Assembly: GCA_964645485.1 (NCBI GenBank)
Contig: CAZXZO010000009.1
Coordinates: 1-29,511 of the forward strand
Length of the DNA stretch: 29,511 nucleotides
Reading direction: 5' to 3'
Source: an uncultured Candidatus Poseidoniales archaeon
GTDB taxonomy: Archaea; Thermoplasmatota; Poseidoniia; Poseidoniales; Thalassarchaeaceae
Numbering within the stretch: the first letter of the stretch is position 1; each line of letters begins with the position of its first letter. The notes beneath the pieces are model-generated. The model saw only the letters and a list, made by a program, of their open reading frames with translations. It was not told where the DNA came from and did no database searches. Positions 8,655 through 17,075 of this stretch are shown here, piece by piece. A program made the position numbers and the translations under genes.

Positions 8655-10655
8655 TTATTCGGCTGTAGCAGCAGTTGCATGGATTTCTTTGTCTTTGGCT
8701 TGCATCTGTTCCCATAGAAGTTCGGCAACATCCATCACTTCCATCTCTTTTCCAATTGATTTCAGTCCATCACCAACCATTACCGAACAGAATGGGCAAC
8801 CTACTGCAACTGTATCACAACCGGTGTCAGCCAACTCTTTGGCGCGGATTTCATTGACACGTTTGTCAGGGTCTTCTTCTAACCACATCTGAGCGCCACC
8901 TGCGCCACAACAGAATGAATCTTGACCGTGACGTTCAGCCTCTACGTCTACCCCTCCAATTAGTTCACGTGGTTCTTCCAAAACACCACCGATACGACCG
9001 AGGTAACAAGGGTCATGGTAAGTGATATTTCGCTCACTCTCTTCCATTTGAGGCAACTTGCCTTCTTTCTGTAGGAGTGCTAGAATCTCGCTGTGGTGTA
9101 AAACTTCTAAATCTTCAGCGCCGAAATCCTTGTACTCTTTTCCTAGCGTGTGGAAGCAGTGTGGGCACGAAGCAATAATTCTCTTTACACCCATTTCTTG
9201 GAAAGTTGCAACATTCATTTCAGCCATCATCTGGAACAGGTATTCATTACCCATCCTGCGGGCAGGGTCACCTGAACACCCTTCTTCCATCCCGAGAATT
9301 CCAACATCTAATCCCGCTTCATTGAGTAAGGAAATGGTGGCGCGTGCAACCTTTTGATTTCTCTCATCAAATGATGCCGCACAACCAACGAAGTAGATGT
9401 ATTCTGCTTTTTCACCGACTTTGATGTCTAATCCTTCAGCCCAATCAGCGCGTTCATGTGCACCAAATCCATATGGGTTGGAATTAGTTTCTAGATTTCC
9501 AAGAGCGACATTGAATTGCTCTGGATATTCCATTGCTTCCATCATCAAGTGGCGGCGCGCTTCAGTTAATTTTGGCACATGTTCAATGTAAACAGGACAT
9601 GCATCAACGCATGCATGACAAGTAGTGCAAGCCCAAATTGCTTCGGGTGTGAAACGAGCAATAATACTCTCATCAGGTGTTTCACCTTTGAGTAGGATTG
9701 GTGCGTGTTCGTTGGCATAGTCTCTGACATTGTGAACAATTGTCATAGGGTTGAGAGACTTTCCAGATTCGTAAGCCGGACATACATCTTGACAACGAAC
9801 GCAGGTGGTACAAGCCCAGCCATCTATCAGTTGGCGCCAAGTCAATTGGCTGTATTCACTTGCACCAAAGGTTTCAATCTCCAGTTCCTCAAGTGGTACC
9901 GCTTTACCAGTTTCAGAAATCGCCATTGGAAGCATCTTAGCCATCGGTTCAGTGTCGTGGAAAAACACATTTGGAAAAGCCATCACAAGGTGCATATGCT
10001 TGGATAGTGGGATGAGGATAAGGAATGATGAGATTGCTAACATGTGAGCCCAGTAGGCTCCAATCGCCACACTCGTAGAGAGTCCTAAAGTTGCAACCCA
10101 AGCGCCAATTGGTTCCCAAGTTTGAGAAGGTGACTCCATTGATTCAATTATGAATGAGGTACTTGTGATTGTGAAAATTAGGAATAATATGAAATTTCCT
10201 TCGAGTTGAGATTTTCCCTTCAATTTCTCAGGAGTAAAGACTGCTCTGCGTAGGAATGCGGCTACACATCCAATTAGAGCAATGAAATATCCAAATTCAA
10301 CCATTCCATTCCACGGGCCAAGTAATGGGGCCGGGAGAATTTTTGTTGAGAAGAAATTGGCTGTTGCTAGGTCAAACATGTCACTTCCCAGCATCAAGAA
10401 CCCCCAGAACATCATCACGTGCATTGTTCCTACAATTTTGTCCCGAAGCACCTTTTTTTGTCCTAGCCAGCCGCTTAGCACTTCTTTGGAACGTACTCCC
10501 CATGAGTCGAAACGGTTGTCACTAGCACCAACCATTACCAATCGAGTAGCCTTTTGGACTTGATATAGGAAAATTCCTAAGGAGCCTCCACCAATGAATA
10601 GGAGAATCATCCATCCAGGGATTCCCGAATAATTGAGTAATAGTGGATGTTCCAT
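8655..10655 (-). CDS. Membrane-bound Fe-S oxidoreductase, FadF/HdrD-like (TM region, 2x[4Fe-4S], two CCG domains)
   Basis: CTTCVRCQDVCP and CTTCHACVDACP; FVGC, GCSG, CPHC, HDPCYL, CCGAGG, CPFC; ~6 N-terminal TM helices. Confidence 0.9.
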   Translation of the reverse strand: MEHPLLLNYSGIPGWMILLFIGGGSLGIFLYQVQKATRLVMVGASDNRFDSWGVRSKEVLSGWLGQKKVLRDKIVGTMHVMMFWGFLMLGSDMFDLATANFFSTKILPAPLLGPWNGMVEFGYFIALIGCVAAFLRRAVFTPEKLKGKSQLEGNFILFLIFTITSTSFIIESMESPSQTWEPIGAWVATLGLSTSVAIGAYWAHMLAISSFLILIPLSKHMHLVMAFPNVFFHDTEPMAKMLPMAISETGKAVPLEELEIETFGASEYSQLTWRQLIDGWACTTCVRCQDVCPAYESGKSLNPMTIVHNVRDYANEHAPILLKGETPDESIIARFTPEAIWACTTCHACVDACPVYIEHVPKLTEARRHLMMEAMEYPEQFNVALGNLETNSNPYGFGAHERADWAEGLDIKVGEKAEYIYFVGCAASFDERNQKVARATISLLNEAGLDVGILGMEEGCSGDPARRMGNEYLFQMMAEMNVATFQEMGVKRIIASCPHCFHTLGKEYKDFGAEDLEVLHHSEILALLQKEGKLPQMEESERNITYHDPCYLGRIGGVLEEPRELIGGVDVEAERHGQDSFCCGAGGAQMWLEEDPDKRVNEIRAKELADTGCDTVAVGCPFCSVMVGDGLKSIGKEMEVMDVAELLWEQMQAKDKEIHATAATAE

Positions 10656-10762
10656 GTTCTCAACTCCGATTACCTGCTGGCCGGTTAGGACGAGGGGTGG
10701 TTTGGCCTTGAATCAATCGCCGCCACCCAATCGCTAATGGGCGCACCACTCATCGGCCTATC

Positions 10763-11731
10763 ATGGTGACCGCTTCGGCCGCTGGCAAGGCGATACTATT
10801 CGGTGAGCACGCAGTTGTCTATGGCGAGCCAGCCCTTGCAGTGGCAATCGACGGGCGGGTCAGTGTAGCACTAGAGCCTTGTGAAGGTGGTTGGAAGATT
10901 GATGGACGTCCTTTGGATGGAAACCGCCACCCCCACATTGATTATTTGAAAGATGCAATTTTAGGCGATAATTCACAATCATTTTCTATTCAGGTTAACA
11001 GTGAGTTGTTCCCTGCTGCTGGACTTGGTTCGTCCGCAGCACTCTCATCTGCTTGTAGTGCGGCGATGCTGTCAACTATTGGGGAGCCATTAGACTCAGA
11101 GAAAATAGCCACCCTTTCTCACCTCGCTGAAGCTGCAGCTCAGGCCGGCAGAGCCTCACCAACCGATACATCTACGGCAACCCTTGGTGGTTGTGTACTT
11201 GTTTCTGACAAAAAAGAACAGTCGTGTGAGTGGCGTTACACACGAGGTTTGGATACACCAGAAGGTAGTAGGAAATGGGAAGTCCATTCCGTGAGTCTTC
11301 CTCCATCGGTTAGTGATTTGTGGCTTGTAGTGGGATACACTGGAATCCACTCGCCAACAGGTGACATGGTGGCAGGGTTAGCAGAATTATTAGCAAAAAA
11401 CCCCGAAAAAATGTCAGACATATCTCGCATGGGTGAGGTTACTCGGTGTGGGGTAGATGCGCTTTCCAATGGTGATTATATCAGGGTAGGAGAACTAATG
11501 GATGAAGCCCACCAACTTCTCGCTGGTGTGGGTGTTTCATGCCAAGAACTAGATGACATGGTTCAGGTGGCTAGGAGATCATCGCTGGGGGCAAAAATGA
11601 CAGGTGCTGGTGGCGGCGGATGCATGATTGCATTAACGACAAATCCCGAAGAGACTTCAGCCGCTCTCGTGATGCGTGGGGGGCGGGTATTAGTGACCCC
11701 GTTTGGAGCCCCTTGTGTGAGGATTGAATAA
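10763..11731 (+). CDS. mvk: Mevalonate kinase (GHMP family)
   Basis: GKAILFGEHAVVYG, PAAGLGSSAA, SPTDT, KMTGAGGGGC. Confidence 0.88.
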   Translation: MVTASAAGKAILFGEHAVVYGEPALAVAIDGRVSVALEPCEGGWKIDGRPLDGNRHPHIDYLKDAILGDNSQSFSIQVNSELFPAAGLGSSAALSSACSAAMLSTIGEPLDSEKIATLSHLAEAAAQAGRASPTDTSTATLGGCVLVSDKKEQSCEWRYTRGLDTPEGSRKWEVHSVSLPPSVSDLWLVVGYTGIHSPTGDMVAGLAELLAKNPEKMSDISRMGEVTRCGVDALSNGDYIRVGELMDEAHQLLAGVGVSCQELDDMVQVARRSSLGAKMTGAGGGGCMIALTTNPEETSAALVMRGGRVLVTPFGAPCVRIE

Positions 11732-11745
11732 TCCCGGTAAAATCG

Positions 11746-11752
11746 TTTTTTT
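11746..11752 (+). terminator. Oligo-T tract, candidate archaeal intrinsic terminator for mvk
   Basis: T7 run 15 nt after the mvk stop codon. Confidence 0.35.
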
Positions 11753-11789
11753 AATTGGAAAATTGACGATTGCTTATGAAGTCGTCCGT

Positions 11790-11810
11790 CAACCCATTTA
11801 TATAGGGTTG
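11790..11810 (+). promoter_or_regulatory. TATA box of tbp (TTTATATA, 11797-11804) flanked by CAACCC/GGGTTG inverted repeat
   Basis: Consensus archaeal TATA box centred ~26 nt upstream of ATG 11827, consistent with a leaderless transcript. Confidence 0.6.
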
Positions 11811-11826
11811 GTAGGTGGCCGCGCTC

Positions 11827-12444
11827 ATGGTAAGTGATGAAGAACGCCTAACAGTTGTCAACGTAGTCGCCTCAACAAGGGTGGCAGAAGAATTGAATCT
11901 CCCGGACATAGCAATTCAACTAAATTGTGAATATGAACCCGAACAATTCCCTGGTGTGGTATACCGAGTAGTAGACCCAAAATTAGCAATCCTAATGTTC
12001 CGCTCTGGCCGCGCAGTTTGTACTGGTGGAAAGAACGAAGCAAACATCGAAACTGGTATTGAGAGGATGATTGGCGACCTTCGTGGCGCTGGCATCGAAA
12101 CATGGGATTTGAAGGATGTTGAAATCGAAGTTCAGAACATGGTAGCAACCTACGCCCTCCATTATCCTGAAGATTACGATGGATTCGACAAGTGGGAGCC
12201 AACAAAAGCACTCGCAGGCGAGCCACGTAAATTGAACCTAAACAATTTGACATTCCACCTTCCATTCGACAAGGTTGAATACGAACCAGAACAATTCCCT
12301 GGTCTAATTTACCGACTCGATTACCCTAAAGTTGTCTGTTTGATTTTCGGTAGCGGTAAGATGGTTATTACTGGAGCTCGTCACAAGGACGAGATTCTTG
12401 AAGCAGTTCAAATCATCCAAGATGAATTGGCTGACTTACTCTGA
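11827..12444 (+). CDS. tbp: TATA-box binding protein
   Basis: Two repeats, NVVAS..YEPEQFPGVVYR..MFRSGRAVCTG and NMVAT..YEPEQFPGLIYR..IFGSGKMVITG. ATG 11827 preferred over GTG 11815. Confidence 0.97.
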   Translation: MVSDEERLTVVNVVASTRVAEELNLPDIAIQLNCEYEPEQFPGVVYRVVDPKLAILMFRSGRAVCTGGKNEANIETGIERMIGDLRGAGIETWDLKDVEIEVQNMVATYALHYPEDYDGFDKWEPTKALAGEPRKLNLNNLTFHLPFDKVEYEPEQFPGLIYRLDYPKVVCLIFGSGKMVITGARHKDEILEAVQIIQDELADLL

Positions 12445-12516
12445 GTCTGAATTGGATTAACAATTCTGCAGTAATGTAGGGGTCTTGCTGATAACTCAAG
12501 ACCTACTCGGATAGCC

Positions 12517-12921
12517 ATGGTGGAAGTGTCGCTTGCAGATGCTATTGAGGATCTTGATATTCCAAAAACCAACCTAGTTCTCGCTGAAATTGTGAAATGG
12601 TTTCACATCGGAATTGTATTGTTCACAGCAATCGGATGGATTTTACCATGGTCAGAGTCATGGATTTTATTACTAATTTTAGTTCCAGTGATGAAATTAC
12701 ATTGGATTACAAATAATGGAACCTGTGTTCTGACAAACCTAGAGGAGAAGTTACGAGGAAACCCGGATGCAGGCACTACTAATCAAGTTGGATTTGTGTT
12801 TCGTATAGTCCATTTCATTCTAGGGAAATATACTCCTGAACAACCTAAAGTAAACAATTTTATGGAATTTTGTATGTATATCGGGTGGTTCATAGCGGGT
12901 TACCGCTTATTCGCTATGTGA
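12517..12921 (+). CDS. DUF2784-family membrane protein (copy 1)
   Basis: TM helix with His (WFHIGIVLF), LHW, NNGTCVLT..E.KLRG. Confidence 0.7.
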   Translation: MVEVSLADAIEDLDIPKTNLVLAEIVKWFHIGIVLFTAIGWILPWSESWILLLILVPVMKLHWITNNGTCVLTNLEEKLRGNPDAGTTNQVGFVFRIVHFILGKYTPEQPKVNNFMEFCMYIGWFIAGYRLFAM

Positions 12922-12922
12922 A

Positions 12923-13288
12923 GTGATTTTGATGAGGCCGATAGCGGCAAAAGTTGTGCGTTTTCTTCATCTCCTAATATTCATTTTCATAGCAGTCGGT
13001 TGGGCTCTGCCTTGGTGGCAAGTTTGGATGTTTCATGTTCCATTCGTAATTATTACGCGTATTCACTGGCGTCTAAATCAGCGCACCTGTATTTTCACAA
13101 CTTGGGAGGTTCAACTCAAGGGTGAGGAACTTGTTGAGGAGCATGAAGAAGGCTGGTTTGTGAAGGAAGTTTTTGAGACAATCACTGGATGGCGGCCAGG
13201 TACAATATTCACACGTCGTCTGATGATTGTCTGGATGTATGGTGCGATGGCTCTTAGCATAGCAAGGTTATTCCAATATTTCAACTAA
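12923..13288 (+). CDS. DUF2784-family membrane protein (copy 2, tandem paralog)
   Basis: FLHLLIFIF, GWALPW, IHW, NQRTCIFT.WE.QLKG. Start GTG 12923 or ATG 12932. Confidence 0.7.
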   Translation: MILMRPIAAKVVRFLHLLIFIFIAVGWALPWWQVWMFHVPFVIITRIHWRLNQRTCIFTTWEVQLKGEELVEEHEEGWFVKEVFETITGWRPGTIFTRRLMIVWMYGAMALSIARLFQYFN

Positions 13289-13324
13289 AATAACAGTTTT
13301 TCAACGGATTTGTTACCGCATCAA

Positions 13325-13331
13325 TTTTTTT
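13325..13331 (+). terminator. Oligo-T tract, candidate terminator after the DUF2784 pair
   Basis: T7 run in the short intergenic region. Confidence 0.3.
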
Positions 13332-13359
13332 CCTTCGGACACTTTCAGGGGGACCTTTG

Positions 13360-16300
13360 ATGAACATTACACAGTCTGCCCATTACATGGGCAGAGAAAA
13401 TGTGTATGGTTTCCGATTGAATTCTGCCATAATTTTGACCTTCTTATTACTGGCATCTAGTATGTCCAATTTCAACTATATTGAGTTTGAACAGGATGAA
13501 CTTTCCTCCTCTTCTTTCCTAGTATCTTCAAAAGCCTCAGGTGGAGATGTTGATGCACCTTCATGGCGAGTTGGTGATGTTTGGGTTTACGACGGATTCT
13601 TTGATGTCGCTGCTTTAATTGCTAGTTCAGGTCAGAGTTCTAACATCCAAACTTTAACTGGGGACCTTGATATGTGGATTGCAGACATCGTGACGATGTC
13701 AACAGAAAATCAGTCGACATTAGCATACAAAGTGCGTTCATCCGGGGAATTTAGAGCAAATGGAGTGTCACTTCAAGGTTTTACCGGCGACTTAATTGTA
13801 GATTATGATGGTACAGATTTTGTCCGGGTGAGCGACCTTGCAACAATTTCGATGCAGATGAATTTAGATGTGGTTTTTGACCATTGGCTTACCGATATTG
13901 ATGTTGCAAATCTTCAGGTTATCAATTCCTACAGTCCTCCAAGAGAAGAGTATGATTTCCCACTTAGGGTGGGTGAGGCTTGGCATAATAATTACACACA
14001 AACAACCGATTGGTCTGGATCATCAGATTATTTTACTATACCTGATGACTCCTCATCTCAATCATCTAGTAATCATGGAGTAGTTGCACAAGGAAATCCA
14101 AATGTGCCGTATTCAGGATGCAGCAATTCTTTCAATGTCACCTCATTTGATTCAACTGGAGTGAATGTCACATCCTATCGATGGTGGTGTCCATCAGCGA
14201 TGAATGATGCCCATCGCTATTTCCAAGATGACATTGGTTTTGAAATTGATTTCAAGTTGAAATCTTTCACTCCCCAATCCCGCGCCCTAAATTTGGACGT
14301 AGAGTTGGAAAGCCCAGCATGGGTTTTAGATTCGTCCCGGGGTGCTTGGGTGAATGTAACAAATTCAGCCGGTTCAGCAGTTTCAGGGCAAACATTGCAG
14401 TGGCGGTATGAAGCATCAGGGGATTCCCAATCTCTAACAACAGCAGCCAATGGCTCTGCTTTCATTGAATTCAATACAGGTAATGCAACCGACCCATCCC
14501 CTACAAATTTTGATTGGGCAAGCCACGGAATAATTGCTTGGGTGGCATCTTCAAAGGAAGTTGGTGTAGACACTTTCACTCTTGATGACTCAATTATCAC
14601 ATTAGATTACAGTCCTAATAGTGATGGGGTTTCTGTTGAAAGAACTAGAGATGGAACCACCGTTATTTTGAATCCTACAATAGGTTACAACGCGGTGCCT
14701 GGGGATTCACTCATATTTTCAATACCTGTTGAAAATCTTGGGATTTTGTCAGGGCCGGCAACAGAATTGTTAGTCACAGGCCCTGATGGGACTACCAGCC
14801 GTTCGCCAATTACGGCAATACCGGCATCGGGAACTGCTTGGGTTCAAGCCACTTGGGTTGTTCCGGCTTCTCAATCAGTTGGAATAGTCACACTTTCATT
14901 TGAGGTTGACCCAGATGGTTTGATGACTGGTGACCAGAATCAATCAAATGATGTTGACACTTTTGACTTGTTTATCGGTTCTCTTCCAACTGCTGATTTA
15001 ATTCAACCGCCAGCAACAAAGACATTGTCAAAGATTAATTTCGATGGGAGAAATAGTGTTGACTTAGACGGCGGAATTCCAGTATGCACATTCGTGGTTG
15101 AAACAGGAATAGCAACCAATGAAACCTTTGAGGAAGATGATTGTTTACTTGAGAACATGAGTTGGCCAGATGATGGGATTTTCCGGGTTTGGTTAACAGT
15201 AACAGATGATGAAAATGATCAAGATTCAACGTTTATAGATGTTGAGATTCTTAATCGTGCACCTTGGGTCAATGTATCTACTCAGAACAATTTGCTTTCT
15301 ATTCCGGTGGAATCTTCAGTGCTATTTTTCGCCACAGATTCGGGCGACCTTGACACATTGAATAACGATGCTCCAGTTGACTTCCTTTGGCAGTTACCTA
15401 CACGTTCTGATGGTGAACCTTATGCTTGTGAAAGCGGTGTTCTAGTATCGCCAACTTGTGAAGTAACCGTGAAAGAGGAGGGGATTTTCACCGCAGTTGT
15501 TTCAGTAGAGGATGATGACGGCGCAGTCACAGTTGGTGACTTCAATTTAGTCGTAACAAATATCGCACCAAGCGATGCTGAAATGAGTATGTGGGATGGA
15601 GATGTGGAGTTGACTGATGATAGAATACCTGCGATTTGGCAAGTAAATGAGGACCAAGAAGTCACTCTAAAAGGAACAGTCCATGATTCTCTTAATGATA
15701 TGGATAGCCTTTCTTGGGGTTGGCAACCTGACCGCGACATTGACCCAAATTGGTATGTTGAGACAGTAGGTGAAACTTCCAACATCAATGTTAGTTGGAC
15801 AGAGGCAGGGACTCATATCATCGCTATGGAAGTTCTTGATGATGATGGAGAAAGCAGTAATGTCGTCAATGGATGGGTTGATGTACGGAACGTACCACCT
15901 ATCGTGCAGTCATTTGGAAATCAATTGCCAGTGGGGGAAGACAGGGAGTTTTCCCTAGTTGGTTCTTACACTGATACACTCTCGGACATTGATTCCTTAG
16001 TCGTTTGCTGGGATGTCAATTTTGAGATTGACCTTGACCAAAATGGCGATACACAAGACGATTGTGATTTTGTTGGTGACAGCATAACTCACCATTGGTC
16101 AACACCTGGAAATAAGACGATTAGGTTCCATGTCACAGATAATGATGGGGATTCGGACTTTGCGTTAGTCAATATTACAATCGTAAATCTACGTCCTCAG
16201 GCAGCAGTGTCAGTTGAGAAGGATAGCATCCTTGTTGGAGAGGAGTGGGTGGTTTGGACCAATGACACAACTGATTCAGAATCAGATATGGACCAATTAG

Positions 16301-17022
16301 TTTACAGTTGGGATTTAGATATTTATGTTGATGCAGATGATGACGGCAATCCAACAAATGACTTAGACATGATTACTGCGAATGGTGAGCCACTACGCTA
16401 TGCATTTACAACTGAAGGAGTGAAGAACATTCGCCTGACTGTTTCAGATGAGAGCGCAACATCAACTGTTGATATTGTGGTGACCGTGGAACCAGACCCA
16501 GTCGGAGTATTGGGTTGGATTGATTCTAATACTGCTGGAGTCTCAAATGTGGTGGTTATTTTGGGCTTAGTTCTAGTAGCCCTGTTAGTTGTTCTTGGAG
16601 TTTCTATGGCTCGAAAGAAAGGAGGAAGGTCGGAACATGAATGGCTTTCTGGAGGTCCACTTTACGAGGACCCATCACCAACTTCTGCTCCTCCAACTTA
16701 TGCTTTTGAGCCAGTGGCTGAACAGTCTCCTCCCACATTGATGCCTCAAACCTCTGAAGTGGGTGTTGGGGATATCTCTCAACCTGGCCAATTATTGGCT
16801 GCTGAACCAGTTTTGGAAGACCCACCAACTCAAACCGTTCAGGTTTTGACTCCAATTGCCGACTTATTAGTTTCAGACCCAGCAGGGCCACCAGTTCCAG
16901 CAACCGGTCTTCCAGAGGGTTGGACGATGGAGCAGTGGAACCATTATGGAGCCCAATGGCTAATCGACAATAGTTTTGAACAAGAGAAAAGTGCAAGCGT
17001 GGATTTTGATTTTGACCTTTGA
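13360..17022 (+). CDS. Large cell-surface protein A: signal/anchor, W.VGD.W.Y beta domain, CARDB-like Ig domain, PKD-like repeats, C-terminal TM, Pro-rich cytoplasmic tail
   Basis: WRVGDVWVYDG, YDFPLRVGEAW, VENLG..VDPDG...DQNQSND, repeated VTD.DG PKD motifs; TM at ~16546-16610; tail contains GLPEGWTMEQWNHYGAQWL. Start may be 13387. Confidence 0.8.
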   Translation: MNITQSAHYMGRENVYGFRLNSAIILTFLLLASSMSNFNYIEFEQDELSSSSFLVSSKASGGDVDAPSWRVGDVWVYDGFFDVAALIASSGQSSNIQTLTGDLDMWIADIVTMSTENQSTLAYKVRSSGEFRANGVSLQGFTGDLIVDYDGTDFVRVSDLATISMQMNLDVVFDHWLTDIDVANLQVINSYSPPREEYDFPLRVGEAWHNNYTQTTDWSGSSDYFTIPDDSSSQSSSNHGVVAQGNPNVPYSGCSNSFNVTSFDSTGVNVTSYRWWCPSAMNDAHRYFQDDIGFEIDFKLKSFTPQSRALNLDVELESPAWVLDSSRGAWVNVTNSAGSAVSGQTLQWRYEASGDSQSLTTAANGSAFIEFNTGNATDPSPTNFDWASHGIIAWVASSKEVGVDTFTLDDSIITLDYSPNSDGVSVERTRDGTTVILNPTIGYNAVPGDSLIFSIPVENLGILSGPATELLVTGPDGTTSRSPITAIPASGTAWVQATWVVPASQSVGIVTLSFEVDPDGLMTGDQNQSNDVDTFDLFIGSLPTADLIQPPATKTLSKINFDGRNSVDLDGGIPVCTFVVETGIATNETFEEDDCLLENMSWPDDGIFRVWLTVTDDENDQDSTFIDVEILNRAPWVNVSTQNNLLSIPVESSVLFFATDSGDLDTLNNDAPVDFLWQLPTRSDGEPYACESGVLVSPTCEVTVKEEGIFTAVVSVEDDDGAVTVGDFNLVVTNIAPSDAEMSMWDGDVELTDDRIPAIWQVNEDQEVTLKGTVHDSLNDMDSLSWGWQPDRDIDPNWYVETVGETSNINVSWTEAGTHIIAMEVLDDDGESSNVVNGWVDVRNVPPIVQSFGNQLPVGEDREFSLVGSYTDTLSDIDSLVVCWDVNFEIDLDQNGDTQDDCDFVGDSITHHWSTPGNKTIRFHVTDNDGDSDFALVNITIVNLRPQAAVSVEKDSILVGEEWVVWTNDTTDSESDMDQLVYSWDLDIYVDADDDGNPTNDLDMITANGEPLRYAFTTEGVKNIRLTVSDESATSTVDIVVTVEPDPVGVLGWIDSNTAGVSNVVVILGLVLVALLVVLGVSMARKKGGRSEHEWLSGGPLYEDPSPTSAPPTYAFEPVAEQSPPTLMPQTSEVGVGDISQPGQLLAAEPVLEDPPTQTVQVLTPIADLLVSDPAGPPVPATGLPEGWTMEQWNHYGAQWLIDNSFEQEKSASVDFDFDL

Positions 17023-17075
17023 GTCAATATATTTACTCAACATTCAAGACTAATTGTCCCTATGCGTATTTGCTC

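Noticed and set aside
10656-10762. GC-rich spacer between the Fe-S oxidoreductase and mvk as a tRNA or ncRNA
   Set aside because: No cloverleaf or T-loop motif; only a 6-bp inverted pair (GGGTGG/CCACCC).
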